From Squalus acanthias (taxonomy: Eukaryota), in the NCBI GenBank assembly GCA_030390025.1, contig CM059431.1:111602001-111666000 (forward strand): a stretch of DNA of 64,000 bases. Reading direction: 5' to 3'. Positions 10,629 through 23,312 of the stretch are shown in pieces. The position numbers and the translations under genes are program-made. Each line of letters begins with the position of its first letter. The first letter of the stretch is position 1. Under the pieces are notes generated by a model, which searched no databases, was not told where the DNA came from, and saw only the letters and a list, made by a program, of their open reading frames with translations.

Positions 10629-12061
10629 GGGGGCGATGTTCTGCCGTCAGAGGAGGCAGGTTTGGAGGCGGGAAAGGCGGGAAAATCAGATTCAATGAGG
10701 GCGGGTTTGGAACCCGCCTCCAACCTGCCTCTGCGGGATTTTGCCGGTGCCGGTTTTGGAGGTCGGGAAACGGTCCCGCCTCCAGCTGGCCATAGTGATA
10801 CTTGTGATCATTAAATGCTCGTTAAGGGCCTCTCTAAGCCTATTTTGAGAGGCCCTCGTGATTTTTCGAGCATTTCGGCGTGCTCCACGCTCCTCCTAAA
10901 CCATGCCAAGTAAACCTGGCGGGTTGACTTGTGGGTGGCCTCCTCACAGCTGCAGGTCTAACAAGACATCGTTTATTGCAGCAAGGATTACTTGCAGGTG
11001 CCAGACCTTGGCTTTAAAAGGTCTCTGAGCACTTTTAGAAGGCCTTCCGAAGTCGGAGGTGCTGCAGCTTGAATCAATCAACTGTGGGACCTCCTTAGAA
11101 GAACCTCTTCCCGCTTGCAATGAGCGCTTCCCCAAAGGAGGCATCTGCAAGCAGCATGGGAACCATTCGTTTTCTTTCTGCATGGACCTCAGATGAGGAG
11201 AAGAGGAGGAGGAGGAGGCTGAGGAGGAGGAGGAGGATCTGGAGGAGGAGGAGGAGCAGGAGGAGGTCAGAGCACCGGTGTATCGACCAGCGGCAGCACA
11301 TGGCTGCCCGGGATTCAAGGGATGAACTTATCATGGCCAGATTTGCATAGGTTGCCCAAGATGGCACATGTCCTTGGCTCCATCCTAGGACATCATTGAC
11401 AATGGACATGACTCTCTGGCCTCCTTTCACTCAGACCACCAACCTGACAATGCAAGTGTGGCGAAGCCCGCAATGTGGAGCTGCCTAAGGCAAAAGAACA
11501 GATGCCATAACGCCAACATTTTGGCTTCAAATCATTTTAATGCTTTCCAACAGGGATGGCATTTCATCAATATACAGAAACATTCTCCCAATCTGCACAC
11601 AGATCTGGAGGTTATATCCCTTGCCAACTATACCCTCACAGCCTTGGTTTCTTTGGCAGGCCTCTTCCTCCCAGATAAGTAGAAGAGCACCTCCATGCTA
11701 GCTGTCACCCCCTCAAACAACATTTGCAGCGCCTCATCCGAGAGCCTTGGGGAGGCTCTTGCCTTGGAATTGGACACAGTGGTTTCTCAGAATATGTTGC
11801 GGGTGGTGCAGCATAGGCAGAAATGCTGTGGAATGAGCCAAGGCAGCAAGAAACCATAAAATCAGACTGGAAAAGTGATGTCAGCAGAGGCGAGTTTCAG
11901 TCCCAAAACACTAATTGACCAAGGACATCCCACACCTCTGAAATCAAGTGGCCAATCATGGGAAAATCGCAAATTTTTGAAAACTATCAGTGGAGGCGGG
12001 TTTCAAACCCACCCAAACCGAAACCCGCCTCCATCTCGCCTCCAGTGAGAAAATCGCCCCC
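10629..12061. mobile_element. Internally deleted PIF/Harbinger transposon with Myb/SANT-like remnant (-) and probable transposase C-terminus (+)
   Basis: TIR gggggcgat(g/t)ttct / agaaaatcgccccc; flanks aga/gga inside a CR1 3' fragment; minus strand near 11680-11765 reads approximately ARASPRLSDEALQ..EGVTASMEVLF (Myb/SANT-like); plus strand has a (GAG)n tract then ARDSRDELIMARFA*. Confidence 0.65.
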
Positions 12062-12335
12062 GGATTTAGGATAACTGGCAAAAAGTCCAGGGGGAAAATG
12101 AGGAGAATTTTTTTTACACAGCGAGTTGTTATGATCTGGAATGCACTGCCTGAAAGGGCGGTGGAAGCAGATTCAAGAGTACCTTTCTAAAGAGAATTGG
12201 ATAAATACTTGAAAAGGAGAAATGTGCAGGGCTACAGGGGAAAGAGCAGGAGAGTGGAACTAATTGGAGAGCTCTTTCAAAGAGCCAGCACAGGCACGAT
12301 GGGCCAAATGGCCTCCTTCTGTGCTGTATCATTCT
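12062..12335 (+). mobile_element. CR1 3' end (continuation of ~10590-10628)
   Basis: MRRIFFTQRVVMIWNALPE motif and CR1 3' UTR. Confidence 0.8.
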
Positions 12336-12633
12336 GTGAAACCTGGAGGGTGAGTTGGCAGAGGCCTGAGAGCAGGTTCAGTGTGTGTCTATTTAGCCAG
12401 GGCAGTGATGCATATCAGAGGAGATGGGATAACTAGTAAATTAACATGCAAACAAAATTACTTATTCAAATAGTGTAGTGCCTCAATCATTCTGTGGGTA
12501 GCCCAGAAGTAAAGAAACAAAAATCACATTCCGAATGGGATCTGTTGTTTAAGGTTGTCACTTCTTCATAGGCAACAGAGTTAATTGGACAGTCAGATTT
12601 TGTACACTGACAGTACTGGTCTGTGTTGGTGAA

Positions 12634-14172
12634 GGGGCTGAGAATAGATCTTGGGAAAATAAAATGGACAACAATATTGGCAAACAATAATGTAGAAGAA
12701 CAGCAATGGGAAACATTTAAAACAGTGTTCAACAGAGACCAGGAAAAATATATTCCACTAAAAAAAAAACTAAACACAAATGGGACACCATGGATGAATA
12801 AAGCCACAAGGGAAAAATTGAGGGTAAGGAAAGAGGCATACATTAAGTACATGGACAGCAGGGGATTGCATGTTAAGGGAGAATACGAAGAGATTAGGAG
12901 AGAAGTCCATAAAAACAATTAGAAAGGCAAAGAGGAACTATGAAATTAAATTTTCAAGGAACATAAAACAAAATAGTAAAATATTTTACAGGCACATGAA
13001 TAAAAAAAGGAAGGTCGAGATGGGAATAGGGCCACTAAGGGATGGACAGGACAATACCATAGGTAACAATAGAGAGATGGCAGAAATATTAAATAATTAC
13101 TTTGCTTCAGTAGTTACCAGGGAGATAGAACAGGTGGACATGGCATTGGATCTTGAGATTAGTAATGAGATAACTGCATTTAAAATAAAACGAGGAGATA
13201 TATTAAATAAACTAAATAGACTCAAAGAGGAAAAAAAACCCTGGTCCGGACGGTTTACATCCGCATATTTTAAAAGATTCTAGGGAAGAGATAGCAGAGG
13301 CATTACTACACATATTTAATAATTCATTAGAAAAGGTGTAGTGCCAGAGGACGGGTGGATAGCTAACGTAATACCTATATTTAAGAGGGGACATAGAACA
13401 TGTCCAGGGAACTATAGACCAGTCAGCTTAACATCGGTGGTAGGACATATAATGGAATCCCTACTAAAGGAGAAAATAGAAGAATATCTAGAAGCCAAAA
13501 ATATAATAATGAATAGTCAGCATGGATTTCAAAAGGGAAAGTCTTGCTTGATCAACCTCATTGAATTTTTTGAAGAGGTAACAGAGAGAATAGACAAGGG
13601 TAATGCAGTAGATGTAATTTATCTAGATTATCAAAAGGCCTTCGATAAGGTACCACATAATAGACTAATGAATAAGGTCAGAGAATGCGGAGTCAGGGGA
13701 CAAGTAGCAGAATGGATAGCTCGCTGGCTTCAAGACAGAAAGCAGAGAGATGGGGTAAAGGGTAGCTATTCACAGTAGCAGAAGGTGGGTAGTGGTGTTC
13801 CACAAGGATCAGTGTTGGGACCATTGTTGTTCACAATTTATATTAACGATTTAGACTTTGGAATCAAAAACACAATTTCTAAATTTGCGGGTGACGCCAA
13901 ATTGAGGGGGGATAGTCAATACTGAGGAGGACTGCAACAAATTACATGAGGACATTAATAAACTTGCAGAATGGCATATAATTGGCAAATGAAATTCAAC
14001 ACAGATAAATGTGAGGTATTACATTTTGGTAGGAAGAATATCACTTGGAGGGTGCGAGTCTGGGTGGGGTAGAGGAGCAAAGCGATCTCGGAGTACAAAT
14101 ACACAAATCACTAAAAGTAGCGACACAGGTTAACAAGGCCATAAAAAAAGCAAACCAAGCACTGGGGTTTAG
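12634..14172 (+). mobile_element. CR1 LINE ORF2 internal fragment (frameshifted)
   Basis: PEDGWIANVIPIFK, GNYRPVSLTS, SQHGF..GKSCL, YLDYQKAFDKVPH. Confidence 0.9.
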
Positions 14173-14607
14173 AGCCAGCAGCCTTCTCCAGCCATGGTCC
14201 CCCCACCCACCCCCACCTCCTGTGGGACATTCCCTCAACATGTTTGGAGGAAGCAAAGTGGTCTGCTCTTTCCCCATATCCCTGCCTCAAGGCTCTCTCA
14301 ATGTGATTCCCCCCGCCAGCATGTTGAAGCTGGACAGGAAAGCATTGGCAGCAGTGAGAGTATTCACCAGAGCGGAGCCCCCAACAACACTGCGCTTAGG
14401 ACCTGTGTCTCTGTAAAAGTTCTCGGAGCAATCACACCATCTGTGGCAAGACTGCAATCCGGAGAAGATTCCCTATGCAAATATGGCGAGTGGACTCCAT
14501 GCCTCCACACTCCTAGTCAGAGTGCTTTAGACAGACTCAAGTGATTCCTGTCGAACCTCCTGCTCAGATAGCAGTCGCCTTTTACAAGCAGGCCCTGTAG
14601 GGTCCAA

Positions 14608-15410
14608 GGGGGAAAAATTCGGTTGGTTAGCGCCTCCCGTTAGCGCCTCCGGGGGGCGCTAACGGGGCGCTAGGAACTTAGCACCCAAGCGCAGCGATTT
14701 TAGCGCCGCTCACGAAATTGACCAGTCATTTTGCAGCGGCGCTAAACACTACCGTCACGATCTCCTGCGCCCGCAGATCGTGACGTCAGTCGAGCGTGCA
14801 ACGCCCCGGTAGCGCCCTGGACCAGATATTGAGTCGCGCCCCCTGCCTTAGCGCCTGCCACTAGGAACGACAGATAGAGGGGAACGTTTTCAAGTCGGGA
14901 AGGGGTTGGGGGAGCGCTATTTAAAGGCGGGCACTTCCTGCCTTTTCTTGTCGGTAGAATTTTTGGCTTTAACGCTGTCCTAAGGAGTTTTGGCCCTCAG
15001 CACCACTTTTGAGGTTCCTAAGCGCCGAGCTCTTTCCCTGGGCCTATCCATTAGTGCTGCCAACACAATTGCTTTCGAGGTCTCTCCAGGCCGAGATTCA
15101 AGGCTGCAATGAGCAGGGAGTGGCTGGCCAGCAAGATGGCCCCTCCCCTTTAAGAACTGGACAGCGCCAGTCTGTCTGGCTTCCATGGTAACTGACATCG
15201 CCTGAGCTTCGGTAGCGTTCTGAGGTAGCGCCTCGCTCCTGACGTTTGCGCCTTAAGAGAGGTGTGTAGCGCCTGATTTAGCGCTCAAATCACCTCCAGG
15301 GGCAATAGAAGCGAAATTTGCAGTCGGAGGCGATAATTAGCGCCAGGCGCTAAACTTTGCGCCCGGCCGTTATTAGCGTCCCAAACGGGACGATACCGAA
15401 TTTTCCCCCC
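14608..15410 (-). mobile_element. Harbinger-like MITE family B (GC-rich, agcgcc repeats)
   Basis: TIR gggggaaaaattcggt/accgaattttcccccc, TSD CAA; inverted relative to copies at 33679 and 45383. Confidence 0.75.
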
Positions 15411-15799
15411 CAAATCTTTTAGGATCTGGAGCTGGAGGAGGAAGTTTCTTGAGAAAACTTAACACAACAACAGCAACAAGCATTTATATAGCACCTTTAA
15501 CATACAAAACTATCCCAAGGTGCTTCACAGGAGCGTAATCAGACAAAACATTGACAAAACACGTCAAGAATTTCACTAGAAATACTGGATACAGCAAATC
15601 TTCACAAGTGCCTTTAAGATGGGTCTACACCAGCAACCCCAGCAATCCTTACCTAGGTTTGAAAGAATTCAGAAGTGTCCAGTTTTTCAAATGGTCCACA
15701 GCAACACCAAGGGAAATCAGCTAGTTAAGACCCTTATTGATAACTTCATTCATCAGACTGAAATATGCTGATGGCCAGCCATGTTTGTATAACTATTCA

Positions 15800-16050
15800 A
15801 ATTATAGAATCAAACAGCACAGAAGGAGGCCATTCGGCCCATCATGCCTGTGCCGGCACTTTGGAAGAGCGACCCAATTAATCCCACTCCCCTGCTCTTT
15901 CCCCACAGCCCTGAAATGTTTTCCCCTTCAAGTATAGATCCAATTCCCTTTTGAAAGTTACGATTGAATCTGTTTCCACCATCTTTTCAGGCACTGCGTT
16001 CCAGATCATAACCACTCGCTGCATAAAAAAAAAATTCTCCTCATCTTCCC
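15800..16050 (-). mobile_element. CR1 3' end fragment
   Basis: FFMQRVVMIWNAVPE...FKRELD plus 3' UTR. Confidence 0.75.
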
Positions 16051-16846
16051 TCTGTATACGTACGTCACAAACATAAAACAGCAACGCTGTATAAGTCGCC
16101 TCGTGGTTACTCAGCACTTGGAGCACTGAAAGGGAACGTGTCAAATTAGTGTTCAAAAAAATGTTAAACGCGAGTTAAACGGGAGGCCAGCTTTCCTGCA
16201 GGCCCTGCCGACTTTAATTTGCATACGAGGCCTCGGTTTCCCGCCCGCAGCCAGCCAGATTGCTGGAACTGCCGGGTTTTACAAAGTATGTAAAGCCCGA
16301 CCACAGGCAGTTAAAAACAAAATGAAGGTTAAAGAGGAGGCTTCCAGCCTCATTATAATATTTAAATTGACATCCCACCTCCTGGGAGCGGGCTAGCTGC
16401 CCGCCACCCCCCCCGTCCCGCCTGTTAAAATCGGAAGTGGGCGGATTGGAGGCGGGTTCAGGTCGAGAATCCGATTTTTTAACGATTTAACTACCACCAC
16501 GCCCCCAACCCACCCGTTTCTTAGATTAAAATTCCCCCCGATGAATCCTCCAAAACTCACAGAAAAGGCCACTGAAAGTAAATCAGCAGTTTAAAATCAC
16601 ATGGTCAGTTACAGTATTTCCCCTCAGCAATCTGTGCATGGGTAGGCATGTCAATATGCCAGTACATAATGATGCCCATCTCCGCTGCACCTATGCATCA
16701 ATCTCAGAACCCCCAATCTCTGCACTGGTGGAGATGCTTCAGTACCTCTCCATCCTGCATTACTAGAGGTCACAAGCTTTGCTGATTTCAGTATGTATAC
16801 CCATCTACCTTCTATTTCTTCACAAAAAGTGATAAAACACGCATAC

Positions 16847-17440
16847 CTGAAATAACATTGTCCGATTTTTCTCTGCGTCGGAGGGTTGGACGTGACTTGG
16901 AGCGCTGGCGTGACGGCGTCGGGCTTGCACTTTGGCGCCGAGGTCGGGCATCCTCATGGGCCGAATGCTGGCGACGCTGTTACACCGAGAGCGGAACTCG
17001 GCCTGCTCCTCCTCGAAGGGCGTGTCCCCCAGACTGGGCTCGGTCAGAGCCGAGCCCAAGCCCGGGCCCGACAGGTCGCTCTGACTGCCGCTGGCTGAGG
17101 GCAGGCTGGTGTTGACTGTTGCCTCGTCTGCCACCTCGTGGAGCCGCTTCGAATCCCCCCCGGCATCTCCCTCCTCCTGGCCAGCGGCGGCGTCGGCCAG
17201 GGGCTTCTCGTTCAGCAGCTTCAGCCGCTGCCTTTCCAGCTGGTGCTGGGCAAACTTCTCGATGCAGTCGTCAATAATGGTGGACGGAGCCTTCTTGTGC
17301 GTCACCACCACTTTGCCGCAGTACAGCACTTCGTACTTCTGCGAGTTGTAAAAGGCATCCTCGCTGACTTGCCGGGATTTGGTGTCCCCCTTTAAGGCGG
17401 CCTTGGATACTTGCCGGATGCCGCTGATAACATCAGGAAC
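16847..17440 (-). CDS. TBC1D4: TBC1D4 coding exon (equivalent to human exon 2)
   Basis: 594 nt, ttttAG|GTT...CAG|GTatgc; VPDVISGIRQVSKAALKGDTK...FYNSQKYEVLYCGKV...EFRSRCNSV...RRRHASAPSHVQPSDAEKNRTMLFQ, which matches TBC1D4 rather than TBC1D1. Confidence 0.96.
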
Positions 17441-17624
17441 CTAAAAGAACAGGAAGAAAAGGGTAAGAGACCAAAGATCCACCTTTAAACAATCTCCAAT
17501 CATCCCCAAGAAAGAAAAAGACAACCTTATTTTAGTAGCTAGATAAGTCGATCGAACTTGGACAATAAGGCACACTGAAACCAAAACCTGTCCAGCTGAC
17601 TACAGCACATTACTAACACCTTGT

Positions 17625-18082
17625 GGTGTCAGCCAGTGCCTCAGTGGGTAGCACTTGCGTTTCTGGGTCAGAAGGTTGTGGGTTCAAGTCCCACTCCAGA
17701 GACTTGAACACAAAAATCTAGGCTGACACTCCAGCACAGTACTGAGGGAGTGCTGCACTGTCGGAGGTGCTGTTGTTCGGATGAGATGTTAAACCAAGAC
17801 CCCGTCTCCCCTCTCAGGTGGATGTAAAAGATCCCATGGCACTATTTTGAAGAAGAGCAGGGGAGGTGACCTGGTTAATATTTTATCCCTCAAACGACAT
17901 CACTAAAACAGATTATCTGGTCATTATCACATTGCTGTTTGTGGGATCTTCCTGTGCGGAAATTGGCTGCCACATTACAACAGTGACTGCACTTCAAAAA
18001 AAAGTACTTAATTGGCTGTAAAGCCATTTGGGACGTCCGGTGGTCGTGAAAGACGCTGTAGAAATTCAAGTCCTTTTACTTT
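17625..18082 (+). mobile_element. SacSINE1/DeuSINE-type SINE
   Basis: tRNA-like head (tcagtgggtagc...ggttcaagtcc), Deu-like domain gagggagtgctgcactgtcggaggtgc, L2-like tail. Confidence 0.8.
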
Positions 18083-18961
18083 CTTGTGCATTAACAACCT
18101 CCGAACAAAAGACCAACAGGGAATTAGTGAAAAAATGGCATATTAAACCAACTCCAGACTAAACCTGAATAAATATAATTTGTAAATTATTTAAAAGCAA
18201 CCTGCAAACTTAACAGCACAAAAAAAAAGCACCACACTACAGATGTTTACAGGGTTATTTTTAAAGTCTTACTTATTAAAATGAGTTGGTACCTTTTTAA
18301 TCCAGTACGAGAGCGGAGCCATTGTAAACTCCCGGAGGCAAACCCAAGTGAAACACCATGCAGAGGAAACTCTCGCCGTTAAAATATCTTTCTCTGAACT
18401 GAACTGATTTGGTTTCTGTGGTTCCCTGCTTAGAAATGCAGTTGTGGGTAGGATTTGACAGTTGCAAATTTGAAATAAGAAAGGAACGGTCCAGATGTTA
18501 TCTGTTTAATTATGATGTCATTCAGCAGTACTTCCGAACAATTACACTGGATAACGTAACTCTGCATGGCCTCAACACTGAAGCCCAGTTTATTCGTTCC
18601 ACTGGTTTCCTGTTCCAGAGAGTCAGCCCACGTTTCTGACTCAGTTTGTATTTATAACAAAATTATATCTCACCAGTATTTTTTATATGTTGCAAAGCCA
18701 TTCAAATCTTTGGCTTCATTTAATAAAAGGTGTATTGGGTGGGGGGGGGGGCGGGACGGTCACAAAGAACTTGCATTTATTACAGCCTCAGGACAATCCC
18801 GAGCGTGAATACTGTCGTCAATGTAGAGAAATGCCACTGTCAATTTTCGCACAGCAAGATCCCACAATCTGTGTTAGTGGTGTTGGTTGAGGGCCAACTG
18901 TTGGCCAGGATAAAGAGCGCCACAGGATCTTTTACATCCATCGGAGAGGGTATACTGAGCC

Positions 18962-20280
18962 TCATAGAATCTTACAGCACAGAAGGAGGCCATTCGTCCC
19001 GTCGTGCCTGTGCCGGCTCTTTGAAAGAGCTCTCCAATTTAGTCCCGCTCCCCCACTTTAACCCCATAACCCTGCAAATTAGTCTTCTCCAAGTACATGC
19101 CTTTTGAAAGTTCCTATGGAATCTGGTTCCACCACCCTTTCAGGTAGTGTGTTCCAGATCTTAACAACACTCTGTGTGAAAAAAATTCTCCTCTTTCCCC
19201 ACTAGTTCTTTTGCCAATTATTTTAAATCTATGACCTCTGGTTTCCGACCCACTTGCCGGAGGAAATAACTTCTCCCTACTTGCTCTGTCAAAGCCCCTC
19301 ATAATTTTGAATATCTTTATTAGGTCTCCCCTTAACCTTCTCTGCTCTATGTAAAACAATCCCAGCTTCTCCAATCTCTCCACATAACTGAAGTCCCTCA
19401 TCACTGGTAAACCTCCTCTGTAATCTCTCCAAGGCCTTGACATCCTTCCTAAAGTGTGGTGCCCAGAACTGTGCACAATACTCCAGCTGAGGCCTAACCA
19501 GTGATTTGTAAAGGTTTAGCATGACTTCCTTGTTTTTGTATCCAATACCCCTATTTACAAAGCCAAATATCCCAAAGGCTTTCTTAACCAACTTATCAAC
19601 CTGCCCTGCCACCTTCAAAGATCTATGAATATGTACCCCAGATCCCTCTGCTCTTGCAATACCCTCACAATAGTACCATTTAGTTTATACTGCCTCTCCA
19701 GGTTGTTCCTCCCAAAGTGCATCACTTCACACTTATCCGCATTAAATTGCATCTGCCATGTGTCTGCCCATTTCTTTAGTCTCTCTATGTCCTCTTGAAG
19801 TCTGCTACTATCCTGCTTACTAATTACTACATTGCCAAGTTTTGCTTTATCTGCAAACTTCGAAATTGTACTCGCTGACGTAAGAAAACTACTAGGCACT
19901 TGGTCTAAGCGTTAAACAAAGCTTTAATCAACTGTTTTTCAACATGGAGATCTAGTTGTGTCCTTCACTAGTTCCTGTTGAGGAATGTCCTAAGCAAGCT
20001 GGGCCCATGCCCGAGTATTTATACTCTCCCTGGACAGCGCCACCAGCAGGCCGCCCAGTATTACTTCATACATGAATGACAAGATTCATGTCATTCGCTA
20101 TACCCAAGTCCAGGTCATTTCTATATAACAAGAAAAGCAATGGTCCTAATACTGACCCCTGGGGAACTCCACTGCATACTTCTCTCCAGTCAGAAGAACA
20201 TCCGATCACCACTACTCTCTACCTCCTATCCCTTAGCCAATTATGTACCCAAGTTACCACCGTCCCTTTAATACCATGTG
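18962..20280 (-). mobile_element. CR1 LINE 3' part, interrupted by a small solo LTR
   Basis: SKFADK.KLG, LYKSLVRPQLEYCAQFW, LRGDLI motifs. Confidence 0.88.
19876..20093 (-). mobile_element. Short solo LTR (218 bp)
   Basis: TGAC...GTCA termini, 5-bp TSD ctcgc/ttcgc, minus-strand TATAAATA (20016-20023) and ATTAAA (19923-19928). Confidence 0.75.
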
Positions 20281-20795
20281 CTTCTATTTAACCTCAGTTT
20301 AACATCTCATCCGAAATATGGACCCTCCCTCAGTACTGCACTGAAGCGTTATCCTAGATTATATGCTCAAATCCCGGAGCGGGCCTTGAACCCACAACAT
20401 TCTGAATCAGGCAAGAGTGCTGCCACGGAGCCAAAGCGGGCACTTACAGATTCCAAAACTATACTAAAAAATGTAGATTCTGTAATGTGTGCTGGAACTT
20501 TGCTCCATTTCACTTTACACTTCATTGGCTGTCGTGAAAGGCTCCATATAAATGCAAGTCTTTCTTTTCTTTTATTTCAAATGAATATACATTTAGAAGG
20601 ATAAATGACACAAATATTCAAACTTGCATTTAAAAAAAATGCCCAGCGCAAATTCTCCTTACATTTTACTTTTTCCAGAAGCGCCCAGTAGTCAAGTGAT
20701 TAATCCTACGCCTTCACAATGCCCAAAGAGCCCAGCCATTTAAACAAAAACACTTTCATTCTCTGCACAAGAGCAAAGGGTTAAAAGAAATCATT

Positions 20796-21539
20796 GGGCC
20801 GAAAATTGATCCCGGGACGCGAGAGTACGCACTGCATACTCTCGCGTATTCCCACTCCAATTGCCGGTTTTCTGCATGCCCTGCGCATGCGCTGAAAACC
20901 GGCAATTGCTCTTCCGAAAAGGGGGCGGGGCCTTGCTGCATCGCGTGCGCGCTACAGGCTGCGCGCACGCTGTGCACTTCATGCTTTGGACGCGCAGGTA
21001 AGTAGGGAAGATTTTGGAAATGTAAAAAGGAGGAGTAAGACCCGCTTTTAAGAAGGTAAGTAGTGAATTAAGTATTTTTTTGAATTTTTTTTTACAGGTA
21101 TATCTTTTTTATAGACTTTAAAGACAGGTAAGTTTATTTTTATAACTTTTTAAAAGATTTTAAATTTTTTCAAAAATTTAATTTTTTATTTAAAATGGTT
21201 AATTTAATTAACTATACTTATTTTATTAATGTGATGGGTTTTTTTTTTAATTTAATTGAGGTTTAGCTGTTATTTTGGGGGGGTGTAAGATTCATAAGTC
21301 TCACAGCCATGCTGTGAGACTTATGAATGGAAGATGGTGTGCTGCCATTGGCTCTAACTGAGTCACGTGATCCCACAGCTCGCACGAATTAACTACGCCG
21401 CTGGGATACGCAAGCCCAGCACAGCTGATGTCTGGAACATCAATTTCGTGCGAGCTGGATCAGAAAAAGCATAAGCGAGGTGAGACATCGCGGGGAAGGC
21501 TTACCCCCGCGGGAACAGAGCGAGATCAATTTCTGGGCC
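20796..21539. mobile_element. Harbinger-like MITE family C
   Basis: TIR gggccgaaaattgatc/gatcaatttctgggcc, TSD ATT; CpG-rich ends, AT-rich core. Confidence 0.75.
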
Positions 21540-22914
21540 ATTATTGCAGCGACAACATTACTTGTCCATGTCCTAGAAAGTTTTCAGAGAAGTTGTAAAA
21601 ATCTTAACAAATAATTAACTGTCCATATGTTTATAAACAAAAATAAAAAGTTGCAAAGCAGAAAGAAAGATCTTGCATTTATATACAGTAGCACCTTACA
21701 CAAGGCAGAAACCCTCATCACATTTAAAAAGTACTTGGATATGCACTTGAAGTGCCGCAACGTGCAAGGCTACGGAACAAGAGCCAGAAAGTGGGATCAG
21801 GCTGGGTGGCTCTTTTTCGACCGGTGCAGACACGATGGGCCGAATGACCTCCTTCTGTGGCGTAAATTTCTATGATTCTAACTTCAGGACATCCCAAAAC
21901 ACTTCATCGCCTCAAGAATGACAAGTCTGGGGACCCAGATCTCATAGGCCTCGCTTTTAAAACATGCTTACAGAACAGCATGTCTATGTGCAGGCACTAG
22001 GGGCTACGCCAGATGATAGATGCCACAGCGAGTGGAGGAATCCACTAACCACGTGCACGATACTATGATGGACGGCTTCGCAGCATTGCCGCCAACCCCG
22101 GAGATGAGGTAGCTCCAAGCAGATTTGCATTGGTGGCCTCCACAACATGGACCCTAAGGAGAGTCTGTGCTTGCTCCACAGATGCAGCCTGGCCTGGCAC
22201 TCTTCTATTAGTCAGTGCGTAAAGGTAGAGGGGGCTCCCCAATCGGAGAGTCTAATGTGCCTCTCTCTCTCTATCTCCGAGGGGTGGGTGGGAATGGCAG
22301 TCTCTTGAGTAAATGGTTAAAAATGCATCTGGTAAAGTGTTTGCAGGAGCAAAAAAAAAACAAATCCAAAATTGTTAGAGCAATAAGGATTCTGTAAAGT
22401 TTACAAATGTCTGTGCTTGGCTGTCTAAAATAGCTTCCACCTTTTTCCCCAGGATGCCCATTTTATACAGCCGTGATTCCCACGGATTACCAAGTCAGAC
22501 AGAAGGGCTGGAAATGGGCTGTAGGGTGTCACCATCTCATTATCGCTTCGTTTACACGCGCCCGTAACAAAAAACTGGAACTGAAAGGAAAATTAGGTGA
22601 GCGGGCAATCAGCATAACTGGTCCTCATCCCAAATCCTGACCCACCTGAACATCAGGGCCTACTTGGCGGAAAATGAAGGTTCAAGTTTTCAGGTGTGCT
22701 ATTGCAGGTCCAGGAAAATGACATGCCCAGCACTGCTATTGTTCCCCCTGCCACTGTTAGTGTGCTAGCCTCTTCCAGTAAGCTCACATCTAAGCTCTCC
22801 AACACATGCACCAATGGGAGGCCGAAAAGTGATGACTTGAGAGGCAATGTGTTGCACTTGCCGAGGGGGCAAAATCCATTTGAACACTTCTTCCCCCAGT
22901 ATAATGGGGTAAAA

Positions 22915-23312
22915 AAGAAAGACTTGCATTTATATAGCGCCTTTCACGACCACCAGACGTATCAAAGCGCTTTACAGTCAATGAAGTACTTTTTGAAGTG
23001 GAGTCACTGTTGTAATGTGGGAAATGCGGCAGCCAATTTGTGCACAGCAAGCTCCCACAAACAGCAATGTGATAATGACCAGATAATCTGTTTTTGTTAT
23101 GTTGGTTGAGGGATAAATATTGGCCAGGACACCGGGGATAACTCCCCTGCTCTTCTTTGAAATAGTGCCATGGGATCTTTTACGTCCACCTGAGAGAGCA
23201 GACGGTTTAACTTCTCATCCAAAAGACGGCACCTCCGACAGTGCAGCACTCCCTCAGCACTGCACTGGGAGAGTCAGCCCAGATTATATGCTCAAGTCCC
23301 TGGAGTGGGACT
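22915..23312 (-). mobile_element. SacSINE1/DeuSINE-type SINE (head truncated)
   Basis: Reverse complement of the SINE family body and tail. Confidence 0.8.

Noticed and set aside
11120..11350. Protamine-like poly-Arg or poly-Ser/Leu ORFs
   Set aside because: These are alternative frames of a (GAG)n tract inside a transposon remnant.
16847..17440. TBC1D1 instead of TBC1D4
   Set aside because: RSRCxS, RRRHASAPSHVQPSD.EKNRTMLFQ and [15 protein letters not shown] fit TBC1D4 as I recall it.
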